From assembly GCA_040235515.1 (NCBI GenBank), contig JBECKX010000195.1:1-64000 (forward strand): a stretch of 64,000 bases of DNA, in the 5' to 3' direction. The position numbers were made by a program, and so were the translations under genes. The notes under the pieces were generated by a model. That model made no database searches. It was not told the origin of the DNA and worked only from the letters and a program-made list of their open reading frames with translations. The stretch comes from Candidatus Zixiibacteriota bacterium. GTDB lineage: Bacteria > Zixibacteria > MSB-5A5 > CAIYYT01. Below are positions 43,092 to 51,893 of the stretch, piece after piece (position 1 is the first letter of the stretch; each line of letters starts with the position of its first letter).

Positions 43092-44260
43092 TGCGAAAAC
43101 TCCCTTTCAATCAGCTTGCGAGTGCGCTGGAATCTCTCAGACCAGTCATCCCCGTCGACGAGATGGGTCAATCGGTTTTGCAGGGCGCTGCGTTCAGGCT
43201 CTTTCAGCTCCAACAGCGACTTGATAGCTTTTCCAAAATCGAAATAGTCGTTGGCAATGACGAGATCTGGCGCGAAGCGGGTTACCTCCGGCATCGGAAC
43301 GCTCACGACGGGACGGCCGGCCGCGAGGTACTCGAAGACCTTCAGCGGCGAACATGATGCCGCAACATCGTCGCGCTTGTACGGGTTAATGAATACATCG
43401 ATTCCCGCCATGTAGCGTGGCAACTCGGAATAGGGTACGCGCCCCACGAAGTGAATATTCGGGTAGCGTCGCAACTTCTCGGTGTTCGTTGAGACGGGGC
43501 CGATGAAGATGAACTGCCACGACCGATAGGAATCGGCGAGATGCGCGATCAGGTCCTGATCGAGCCAGTACGCGAACATTCCAACGAAACCGATTCGTGG
43601 TTGCGGAATGGCGGCAATCTCATCGGCGACCGCTGCGGTCATCGCCTTGCGGAAGTGAGAAACTTCGCAGGCATTCGGTATGACTTCGACATTCTCGTGC
43701 TTGCCTGCAAGCATCGTCTTCAACTTGGTCGCGGTCACAACCACCGCGTTCGTGATCTTGAGGAGCTTCGCCTCGAGCTTCTGAACGGTGCTCTTTTTGA
43801 CCAATCCCTCCGCGGCGGACAGGTCATCAACTTTTTCGTACAACACGTTGCTGCTGCCGATCATCTTGATGGCAAGGTGCGAGTAGGGGACATAGGTATA
43901 GACCAGCGGGCTTTTTATCCCGAGGCGAGCGCAAACCCGGCGCAGGTAGATCCCCATAACGAGGTTGTTCACCACCGCCAGGGCTGTGAACATCTGAAAG
44001 AATGGTAGCAGCAGCGGCGGCGTAACGACGTAGAGGTTGGGTTCAACCACGCGCGGTTTCTTCAGGAATCTGATGGCCCGGCCAACATTGCCGGATAGAC
44101 GTTTGAGGTAAGTCAGGATGTGCCACTGCGTTTCCACGTAGAGCACCTGATGGCCCTCACGCGCAAAATTCGTCATAAACCTTTGCTTGCGAGTCCAGAG
44201 GTCGTCGAAATCTTGTGTTGAGAGGCAGAGAATCGGCACCTTTGACTGCGCCTTGCTCAT
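43088..44260 (-). CDS. Glycosyltransferase (TuaH-like, GT-B)
   Basis: W.RKQ, YE.VDD, PN......F, SPLKVFEYLAAGRPVVS. Confidence 0.85.
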   Translation of the reverse strand: MSKAQSKVPILCLSTQDFDDLWTRKQRFMTNFAREGHQVLYVETQWHILTYLKRLSGNVGRAIRFLKKPRVVEPNLYVVTPPLLLPFFQMFTALAVVNNLVMGIYLRRVCARLGIKSPLVYTYVPYSHLAIKMIGSSNVLYEKVDDLSAAEGLVKKSTVQKLEAKLLKITNAVVVTATKLKTMLAGKHENVEVIPNACEVSHFRKAMTAAVADEIAAIPQPRIGFVGMFAYWLDQDLIAHLADSYRSWQFIFIGPVSTNTEKLRRYPNIHFVGRVPYSELPRYMAGIDVFINPYKRDDVAASCSPLKVFEYLAAGRPVVSVPMPEVTRFAPDLVIANDYFDFGKAIKSLLELKEPERSALQNRLTHLVDGDDWSERFQRTRKLIEREFSQ

Positions 44261-45402
44261 GCGAGCACCTCTTCGAGTTCGAGCTGAACGTCAGGTTGTT
44301 GCTCGGTAACCCCGCTTCCACTAAGCAGCGCGCAGATGCGAGCCGCGGTGTTACCGTCCCACAGTGGCGGAATCGGATGAGCGGCTACCGTAGTGGCAAG
44401 AACCTGGTCCAGAGCGGCCAGCACCACGCTGCGGTCGGTGCCCACCAGCAGGTTTGTCCCGTGAGTGATCGTCACCGGCCGTTCGGTGCTCTCGCGCATC
44501 GTAAGGCAGGGCACGCCGAGCACGGTCGATTCCTCCTGCAATCCGCCCGAGTCTGTCATGATCACGCGCGCGTCCTTCTCCAGCCGCAGGAAGTCGAGGT
44601 AGCCGAGCGGTTCGATCAGACTGATCTCGGTGCACTCAGTAAGAGTGTCCCATAATCCGGCTGCTTCGAGGTTCTTCCGGGTGCGTGGATGAACCGGAAA
44701 AACAACCGGCATCCGCTGGGCTGTATCGAACAGAGTCTGCACGAGTTCACGCAGACTTCCGGTGTCATCGACGTTGGCGGGGCGATGCAGGGTAACCAGG
44801 ATGTAACCCTGCCGCGTCAAGCCAAGGCGGTTACAGATTTCGGATGCTTCTGCTTTGGCCAGCGATGCATGCAGGGAGTCGATCATGATGTTGCCTACGA
44901 AGTGAATCCGCGACTCCTCGATTCCTTCTCCGATCAGGTTTTCGTTTGCATCTTCACACGTCGTGAGCAGTAAGTCGGAGAGGTGGTCGGTTACGATCCT
45001 GTTCAGTTCCTCCGGCATCGCACGATCGCGCGAACGTAGTCCGGCCTCCACATGGATCACCGGATAGTGCTCCTTGGCCGCCACCAGAGCGGCAGCAGTG
45101 GTGGAGTTGACATCGCCAAAGACGATGACTCCGTCGGGGACCTGTTCGAGGAGTACCTTCTCAAATTCGAGCATGATTCGTGCGGTTTGCTGTGTATGTG
45201 ATCCGGCGGAGATGCCGAGAAAGATATCTGGTTTGGGCAGGTCAAGCTCATCGAAGAAGACCTGCGACATTTTCGTGTCGTAGTGCTGTCCGGTATGGAC
45301 GATGACCGGCTCGAAGTGAATCGGGTCAGCTTTCATTGCCCGCCACAGCGGGGCGAGCTTCATGAAATTCGGCCGTGCACCTGCGATAAGAAGATACTTC
45401 AT
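44257..45402 (-). CDS. wecB: UDP-N-acetylglucosamine 2-epimerase (non-hydrolysing)
   Basis: GARPNFMK, HTGQHYD, GDVNST, HVEAGLRS, TDSGGLQEE, TERP; ATG 45402 after AGGAGG. Confidence 0.92.
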   Translation of the reverse strand: MKYLLIAGARPNFMKLAPLWRAMKADPIHFEPVIVHTGQHYDTKMSQVFFDELDLPKPDIFLGISAGSHTQQTARIMLEFEKVLLEQVPDGVIVFGDVNSTTAAALVAAKEHYPVIHVEAGLRSRDRAMPEELNRIVTDHLSDLLLTTCEDANENLIGEGIEESRIHFVGNIMIDSLHASLAKAEASEICNRLGLTRQGYILVTLHRPANVDDTGSLRELVQTLFDTAQRMPVVFPVHPRTRKNLEAAGLWDTLTECTEISLIEPLGYLDFLRLEKDARVIMTDSGGLQEESTVLGVPCLTMRESTERPVTITHGTNLLVGTDRSVVLAALDQVLATTVAAHPIPPLWDGNTAARICALLSGSGVTEQQPDVQLELEEVLA

Positions 45403-45412
45403 CCTGGCCCTC

Positions 45413-47710
45413 CTATAATCTGTCAATCACGAAGATGGTTGTGGCGAGACTGGCTGCAACCGATGCGGTCGTTGAGAAGATCTTGAGCCAGTCGCGGTCT
45501 TTCTTGATCCTGGTCGGGACAAAGATCGCGTCACCGAGGTCAACCTTCTCCCGCATCACGCCGGAGCCAGAGTTGATCGTGCCATCCGCCTTAATCAGCT
45601 GGATGTGGCTCTTATCCGCATTGGGCAGGAACCCTCCGGCACTCTGGAGATAGTAGCCAACCCTTCGGTCATTCCTGTAGGTGATGGTGCTGATGGCGGG
45701 TACCGCCCCCAGTACCTGGACGCCCGCAGGCTTACTCGGGATGTAGATATGATCCCCATCCTGCAGTGCGATATCGTACTCGAGATTGTTCCGCATCAGG
45801 AGCTCTTTCCCGTTCACGATGATGCGATTGGACATCACGTTGTCGCGGGCCAGCATGCTCGAATCCACCAGGACTCTGCCGCTGTCGTCCCTGACTAACT
45901 CCGCTGAGCGGTTGATTAACTTGTCAACTCCACGGCGCTTCATGTCATCAACGAGTGAGGCGCGCGTAAACACCGTGCCGGTGGCGAACGCATCCGCGGT
46001 CAAACCACCAGCACGTTGTATCAAGGAGTAGAGGGAGTTCATGTCATCAGTGATGACATACTTTCCAGGAAAGGTGACCTCTCCCTCGATGGTCACCATG
46101 TCGCGCTCTTCCCATCCGGGAATCTGGCGCACGAATAATTTGTCGTTGTTCTGCAGCGATAGGTTGCCCTGCGGCTCGTCGAGTGAAGCATAGAGCACTT
46201 CCTTGGTACCGTCATCCCTGGTGCGAGCCAGTTCAACCCTCAGCGGGTAAGCGGAAGCGCTCAGATCACCCGCACGGAAAATCAGGTCTGAGACCTTCAT
46301 CCCGGAGTAGTAGGGATACTCGCCCGGCCGGGACACCATGCCGTAGATAGATACCTGTCGTGGCGCCGCAACCTGCTCCTGTGAGTAGGCAATGAGCCGG
46401 TCGTTCGGCTGAAGCGAGACGTCATCTTCTCCGGAGATAACTTTGTCGGGATCAACTGCGATCAGGAGAGTGTCATTGCCGGCCTGCCGCCTGAGGATGT
46501 CGATGCGACCCCGGTAAGCGCTTTGATCCAGCTCGAAGCCCTGTTGGAGCAGTCCCCCGACCGTAAGCCCTTCATGATACTCGTAGACACCGGGATGGCG
46601 AAATTTGCCCTCGAGGTATACAACCCCTTCGCGCGAGTCGGTGATTTTCTCCACAAAAACCCGATCGCCATCCTCGATAGTGAATTCTTTTTCGGTAGAA
46701 GTTTCATCCCGCAGGTTCAAATCGATGACGCTATAGGCATCCTCGCTCGTGATGCGATCCACTCGAACCTTTTCGAGGTAAGCATTCGGCAACGGACCGC
46801 CTGCGAGTGTCAACAGGTCGTTGATCGTTTCGTTGCCGAGGATCTCATAAATCGCAGGTCGCTTCACCGCCCCGGTGATGCTGGCACGTTTGCCGACCAC
46901 CTCGACAAAGATTACATCGCCTGACTGTAGCGAGACTGCGCCCACGTTCTTGCCGAAGAGCAGGAACTGGTAAAGATCGACCGTCACGCTCTGTTCGCCA
47001 TTGCGCAGCAGTCTGATCTGCCGCAGGCTCCCGCGCTCGGTGGGACCGCCTGCGAGGTACAGCGTTGAGAACAACGTCGCAAGCGAGTTGACGCTGTAGC
47101 TGCCCGGATACTTCACTTCGCCAAAGACGAATACCTGAATCGATTTTAGCTTGCCGAGTGTGACAGATAGTCGAAAGTCGCTGAATGATTTGGAGAGCTG
47201 CGCGTTGATCCTGTTACGGGCCGACTCGATGTCCAGTCCCCAAACCGGGATCTCGCCCACCTTCGGTATGAAAATCGCTCCCTGGCGATCCACAGTGAGG
47301 TCATACTCCTGTTCAATCCGTCCCCATAACTTGATGATCAGATTATCACCGGGACCGAGGCGATAGTCATCCGGCAAAGCGAGGCTCTGCGGGATCTCAA
47401 GCGTCGTGCCCCCTCTGGCAAAGAGGTCGTAGCCGAACAGCCCGATCGAGTCGCGCCGGCTCGAATTGACCGCCTGCTTCTCGAGCATTTGCGCGGATGC
47501 AGGGCTCGCCTGTTCAAGCCGCGCCGTTGAATCTTGTGCATTGTAGCTCGATTTGTATTTGTCGCTCCCCGCCGAGTTGGTCAGTCCGGGGTAGCGATGG
47601 ATCAAATCGCTATAGTCGACGTTCTGATCTGTTGGGTAATTCTGTGCCACAGCAGTGGCGGTCAGCAGAAGAACCTGCAAAAGGATGAGTAGAACTTTGA
47701 TTCCATTCAT
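45413..47710 (-). CDS. Polysaccharide export protein (Poly_export + multiple SLBB domains; Wza/KpsD-like)
   Basis: FGYDLF, DYRLGPGD, V.R.G.I.IP.VG, repeated G.V..PG.Y...L...AGG SLBB units; signal peptide; AAGGAG SD. Confidence 0.9.
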   Translation of the reverse strand: MNGIKVLLILLQVLLLTATAVAQNYPTDQNVDYSDLIHRYPGLTNSAGSDKYKSSYNAQDSTARLEQASPASAQMLEKQAVNSSRRDSIGLFGYDLFARGGTTLEIPQSLALPDDYRLGPGDNLIIKLWGRIEQEYDLTVDRQGAIFIPKVGEIPVWGLDIESARNRINAQLSKSFSDFRLSVTLGKLKSIQVFVFGEVKYPGSYSVNSLATLFSTLYLAGGPTERGSLRQIRLLRNGEQSVTVDLYQFLLFGKNVGAVSLQSGDVIFVEVVGKRASITGAVKRPAIYEILGNETINDLLTLAGGPLPNAYLEKVRVDRITSEDAYSVIDLNLRDETSTEKEFTIEDGDRVFVEKITDSREGVVYLEGKFRHPGVYEYHEGLTVGGLLQQGFELDQSAYRGRIDILRRQAGNDTLLIAVDPDKVISGEDDVSLQPNDRLIAYSQEQVAAPRQVSIYGMVSRPGEYPYYSGMKVSDLIFRAGDLSASAYPLRVELARTRDDGTKEVLYASLDEPQGNLSLQNNDKLFVRQIPGWEERDMVTIEGEVTFPGKYVITDDMNSLYSLIQRAGGLTADAFATGTVFTRASLVDDMKRRGVDKLINRSAELVRDDSGRVLVDSSMLARDNVMSNRIIVNGKELLMRNNLEYDIALQDGDHIYIPSKPAGVQVLGAVPAISTITYRNDRRVGYYLQSAGGFLPNADKSHIQLIKADGTINSGSGVMREKVDLGDAIFVPTRIKKDRDWLKIFSTTASVAASLATTIFVIDRL

Positions 47711-47751
47711 TACCGAAACTCCTTGATAGCCCACCTCTCAGGGAGAGATTT

Positions 47752-47767
47752 AGCAACAGCGATGCCA
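47752..47767 (-). promoter_or_regulatory. Sigma54 (-24/-12) promoter of the polysaccharide operon
   Basis: Minus strand TGGCATCGCTGTTGCT, GG-N10-GC, about 40 bp upstream of the ATG at 47710. Confidence 0.75.
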
Positions 47768-47797
47768 AAATGAAACGCCGCGTGCTAACTTGTGATG

Positions 47798-47810
47798 AAT
47801 CAATAGCTTA
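47798..47810. promoter_or_regulatory. IHF-type binding site
   Basis: AATCAATAGCTTA matches WATCAANNNNTTR exactly, about 30 bp upstream of the -24 element. Confidence 0.65.
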
Positions 47811-47902
47811 GGTTGTGTGGTCGAGGGTCTCAGGTCGGGCCGGAGAGGGTATTCTTTTCCCGAATAGGGAGCAGGGCTTTCCGATCAAAGGGTCTTCTGA
47901 GC

Positions 47903-48784
47903 CTAACGGCTGATACCAGGCAGTTGCGAAAATGGTGTCAAGGAGTAGCCGAGAAGAGATTCCAGGTAGTGCGAACCTAAACCGGCTTTCAGTGGGCGGG
48001 GCGCAGGGAGAGCCAGATCGGAGAACTTGACCGGCAGTATAGCGTCGCTCCCCAGTTGCAGGCGAGTGGCTACCTTGACGGCGAACTCATAGCGGGAGAG
48101 GTATTCGGCGGACGCCAGATGCAGCACGCTCGGCAGGTCTGAGGCCTTGATCAATTTGGTGATTGCTCTGGCGAGGTCGGAGCACTCGGTGGGATTTGAG
48201 CAGAGGTCTGTCGCAGCCTTGTAGGTCTCGCCGCTCGCCACGGTTTGGTGGATCGTAGTGACCGGGTCGCCCTTTGGATGTGCCTCTGCGGTATAGAGCG
48301 CGCAAACGCGGAAGATCGAGAAGGGGACTCCGGAGTTGCGGACGAGATTCTCCGCCTGAAGCTTCGATCGCCCATATTGATTGAGGGGTGCCGGTTCAAC
48401 ATCTTCACATGGTGCTGCGGTGCTTCCAGCAAAAACGTAGTCCGTGGAGATGAAGATAAGTTTTCCCTGTTCTGCCTGCCTTAGCGCCTCACAGAGATTG
48501 ATCGTAGTGATGACGTTTCCGTTGTGTGCATAGTCGTGGTCAAGTTCACAGCGGTCAACAGCGCTGGCAGCGGCGCAGTGGATCACAACGTCAGGCTTCT
48601 CCGCTCCGATCATTGCTGATACGGCAGCCGCATCTGTCAAATCGACTCGTGCAGCTTTGCCGCAACCGAGCGGCAGTGACCTTTGCGTCGGGCGATAGGT
48701 CCCGATTACAGCGTGTTCAGTTCCGATGTATCTGGCTAACGCGCTGCCGAGTCGTCCGGCTGCTCCTGTGATTAAGACGCGCAT
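47903..48784 (-). CDS. rfbD: dTDP-4-dehydrorhamnose reductase
   Basis: LITGAAGRLG, VDRCE, ISTDYVF, YGRSK; in rfb cluster. Confidence 0.85.
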   Translation of the reverse strand: MRVLITGAAGRLGSALARYIGTEHAVIGTYRPTQRSLPLGCGKAARVDLTDAAAVSAMIGAEKPDVVIHCAAASAVDRCELDHDYAHNGNVITTINLCEALRQAEQGKLIFISTDYVFAGSTAAPCEDVEPAPLNQYGRSKLQAENLVRNSGVPFSIFRVCALYTAEAHPKGDPVTTIHQTVASGETYKAATDLCSNPTECSDLARAITKLIKASDLPSVLHLASAEYLSRYEFAVKVATRLQLGSDAILPVKFSDLALPAPRPLKAGLGSHYLESLLGYSLTPFSQLPGISR

Positions 48785-48801
48785 GTATGATAGTTTCTGC
48801 T

Positions 48802-49812
48802 CTAACGTTGCCCGTAGTGAAGACTGCGGAAGTCGGCCGCATCGGCGCTCTTCAATCTCTCGAAGATGGAACGGTTCGACCGATACCATTCGACGGTCTC
48901 GTTCAGCCCTTCGGCGAGGGGGCGATGCGGCAGGGCGCCGTAACGCTGTTCGAACTTAGCCGAATCGATTGAATAACGGCGGTCATGTGCGGGCCGGTCC
49001 TCGACAAACTTGATTTTGCTGGTGCCACTCGTGAGTTGCAGCAGCTCATCCACCAACTCGAGATTGCTGCATTCCGCTGCTGATCCAATATTGACAACCT
49101 CTCCCGTGGGGAAATCGTCCAGCAGATACCGCAACGCCTCACAGAAGTCATCGACATAAAGCCATGAGCGACGTTGTCTGCCGTCGCCATAGACCGGCAG
49201 CGGCGCATCCGCCTCGATCAACGACAGGAAGTAGGGAATGACCTTCTCGGGGTATTGCCTCGGACCATAGTTGTTGCAGGTCCGCACGATGGCAGCGTCC
49301 TGCCCGTGGGTCTTGATCGCCGCCAGCACCAGGAGGTCAGCGGACGCCTTACTTGCGGCGTAAGGTGAAGTGGGGTTCAGCGGTGCGGTTTCGGCGAATG
49401 ACTGGTCATCAGCCGCCGGGCCATAGACTTCATCGGTAGAAATTTGCAGGAAGCGCGAACCTGATTCCTGGCAGAATGCCAGCAGATTCTGAGTTCCCAG
49501 CACGTTGGTGCGCACGAAGCGCTCAGCATGGTAGAGCGAGCGATCAACATGGCTCTCCGCCGCAAAATTAACGACGAGGGAAAACGGGGTCTGCCGCAGC
49601 TTCGCCAACTCCTCCGCCACGGCGATATCTGCGTGGACGAAGTTGATCCGACTCTCTGTAAGCAGCGGTTCGAGGTTGTCAGTGGAGCCGGCGTAAGTGA
49701 GGGCATCGGCGACCGTAATCGGGTCAGAATTCGCACGTGCGAGGCTGTGCACGAAATTCGAGCCGATGAATCCGCAGCCGCCGCAGACCAATATATGAGG
49801 ACGGTTGGTCAC
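48802..49812 (-). CDS. rfbB: dTDP-glucose 4,6-dehydratase
   Basis: GG.GFIGSNF, LTYAG, AAESHVDRS, STDEVYG, SPYAASKA, NNYGP.Q.PEK, DRP.HDRRY. Confidence 0.93.
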   Translation of the reverse strand: MTNRPHILVCGGCGFIGSNFVHSLARANSDPITVADALTYAGSTDNLEPLLTESRINFVHADIAVAEELAKLRQTPFSLVVNFAAESHVDRSLYHAERFVRTNVLGTQNLLAFCQESGSRFLQISTDEVYGPAADDQSFAETAPLNPTSPYAASKASADLLVLAAIKTHGQDAAIVRTCNNYGPRQYPEKVIPYFLSLIEADAPLPVYGDGRQRRSWLYVDDFCEALRYLLDDFPTGEVVNIGSAAECSNLELVDELLQLTSGTSKIKFVEDRPAHDRRYSIDSAKFEQRYGALPHRPLAEGLNETVEWYRSNRSIFERLKSADAADFRSLHYGQR

Positions 49813-49827
49813 GCGGGGTTCACCAGC

Positions 49828-50283
49828 CTAACCATCCCTGCGAGCCCAGTCGTAGGGAATCTTGGATGTGTGCGGCTCAAGCCGCAGTTCGTCTGGTGAA
49901 TCATGGTTGTAGGTCTGATCGGGAAAATTGATCACCAGCACTTCAGTCTCGCCGATATTCTTGAATCCATGATACACCTGCGGTGGGATCTGGATCAGGA
50001 TGCGGTTATCGATACCGGGAAAGAACTCGTTGATTTCCCCGTAAGTTTTTGAATCCTCGCGCGCATCATAGATCACCAGCTTGGCCCTTCCCGCCACCAC
50101 ACACATACTGTCGGTTTGCCGCTCATGCATGTGCCATGCCTTCACTACGCCGGGATAGGCGGCTGTGATATAGGCCTGACCAAACTGTCTGAATATCTCA
50201 TCATCGTTGCGGAGGATCTCAAACAGGTAACCTCGTTCGTCGCAATTGACCTGTAGCTTCTTTACCTTCACGCCCTCAATCAT
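49828..50283 (-). CDS. rfbC: dTDP-4-dehydrorhamnose 3,5-epimerase (short cupin type)
   Basis: DERG, PGVVKAWH.H, IPP.VYHGF. Confidence 0.88.
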   Translation of the reverse strand: MIEGVKVKKLQVNCDERGYLFEILRNDDEIFRQFGQAYITAAYPGVVKAWHMHERQTDSMCVVAGRAKLVIYDAREDSKTYGEINEFFPGIDNRILIQIPPQVYHGFKNIGETEVLVINFPDQTYNHDSPDELRLEPHTSKIPYDWARRDG

Positions 50284-51029
50284 TTCTTCTTCGCCTCGCT
50301 GTTACGTTTCATACTCTCTGCCCGAGTCAACATCTGCGCCTGATGAAGCGACTCAAAGGTTCCTGCATCGGTCCACCAACCCTCGAGAATCTCGTACTCG
50401 ACTCGCCCGGCCTTGATATAGTGGTTTGACACGTCAGTGATTTCATACTCCCCGCGCGCAGAAGGCTTGAGTTGCGCGATCAAGTCGAAGACGGACGGTT
50501 CATACATATAGATTCCCGTAACCGCGTATGACGACTTCGGATGCGCCGGCTTTTCCTCGATCCCGAGCAGGTTGCCATCCTGATCAAGTTCCGCCACACC
50601 GAATCGTTGAGGATTCTGCGTTTCCTTCAAGAACAGGAAGGCCCCCAGATTGCTCTTATCGAACTGCCTCACCCGGGCAGCGATTGAGTCCGCGAAGATG
50701 TTGTCGCCAAGAATCACACAGAGTTTGTCATTTCCGACGAACTCTCTGGTCAATGCGAGTGCGGCAGCAATCCCATCCTCCCCCTCCTGGTAAGCATAGC
50801 GCAGATTATCCAGCCCGAACTGACTCCCATTGCCGAGGAGCCGCTCGAATTCTCCGGCGTGATTGCCACCGGTTACAACCATGATCTGATCGATCCCTGC
50901 TTCAACCAGCTTGTTGATCGGGTAGTAGATCATCGGGCGGTCATAGACCGGCAGCAGATGCTTGTTCGTGATTTTCGTCAGCGGTAAAAGCCTTTTTCCG
51001 AGGCCACCCGCCAGCACGACACCCTTCAT
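50280..51029 (-). CDS. rfbA: Glucose-1-phosphate thymidylyltransferase (SpsI-like)
   Basis: LAGG.G.RL.PLT....KHLLPVYD.PMI, LGDNIF, EEKP, SARGE.EITD, W.DAGT. Confidence 0.92.
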   Translation of the reverse strand: MKGVVLAGGLGKRLLPLTKITNKHLLPVYDRPMIYYPINKLVEAGIDQIMVVTGGNHAGEFERLLGNGSQFGLDNLRYAYQEGEDGIAAALALTREFVGNDKLCVILGDNIFADSIAARVRQFDKSNLGAFLFLKETQNPQRFGVAELDQDGNLLGIEEKPAHPKSSYAVTGIYMYEPSVFDLIAQLKPSARGEYEITDVSNHYIKAGRVEYEILEGWWTDAGTFESLHQAQMLTRAESMKRNSEAKKK

Positions 51030-51127
51030 CGGGACTCCAAACCTCAATCCACGTACTATACTATTACCCGCACAAAGTAAGATTGTCCCGTTGTTAAATC
51101 AAACCAAATCCACTAAGCTATTCCGCG

Positions 51128-51850
51128 ATGAGCCGTACACTGATCATTGCCCACCGCGGCGCTTCTCACGCGCACGTCGAAAACAGCATGACTGCATTTC
51201 GCACTGCTCTGAGAGATGGAGCGGATGGGCTGGAGGTCGATCTGAGGCGATCTTCGGACGGCGCCATCTTCTGTTTCCACGACCATCAACTCTCACGGCT
51301 GACGGGCAAAGCCGGCTATTTCCGCCGCACTGCAGCGGCTCGAATCGATCAGTTGCGCCTGAGCGACGGGAGCAGGATTCCTCCGTTTTCGCAATTCGTG
51401 AAAGAGTTCGTGGGCAACTCGCGGGTCGTGCTCGATATCAAGTCCGCCCATATCGAGGCAACAATCCTCGCAGAACTGGGGGAGCTTGCGGGCGACGGCA
51501 GATTGGTCTATTCGAGCTTCAATCCCAACGTCGTCAAGCGGATCAAGGCTGAACTGCCAGATGCCCGAACTGCTCTGATCGTCGGCCCCGTTCGAAATCT
51601 GCAGATGCGACTGCGCATGAAATCGCTACTGGCGAAACGGCTCAAACAGCTTCACTGCAATGCCGTTCATCTCTCGAAGTTGCTTGTCTCGGAAGGCCTG
51701 GTCAGACATTTGCACGGAGAAGGACTAAGCGTTTCGGTCTGGACGGTCGATGATCCCAAGCAGGCGCGAAAGCTTGTAGATATCGGCGTCGACAGTATCA
51801 TGACTAATGAACCCGCAGCAATCCTGCGTGCCCTGCGAGGCGGGGAATAA
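51128..51850 (+). CDS. Glycerophosphodiester phosphodiesterase
   Basis: IAHRGAS...ENS..AF, GLEVD, FHD, WTVDD, GVD.I.TN.P. Confidence 0.9.
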   Translation: MSRTLIIAHRGASHAHVENSMTAFRTALRDGADGLEVDLRRSSDGAIFCFHDHQLSRLTGKAGYFRRTAAARIDQLRLSDGSRIPPFSQFVKEFVGNSRVVLDIKSAHIEATILAELGELAGDGRLVYSSFNPNVVKRIKAELPDARTALIVGPVRNLQMRLRMKSLLAKRLKQLHCNAVHLSKLLVSEGLVRHLHGEGLSVSVWTVDDPKQARKLVDIGVDSIMTNEPAAILRALRGGE

Positions 51851-51893
51851 AGAGCCGTGGCCGGCGCCGGATTATGGTCGGAGGTAGATAAAA

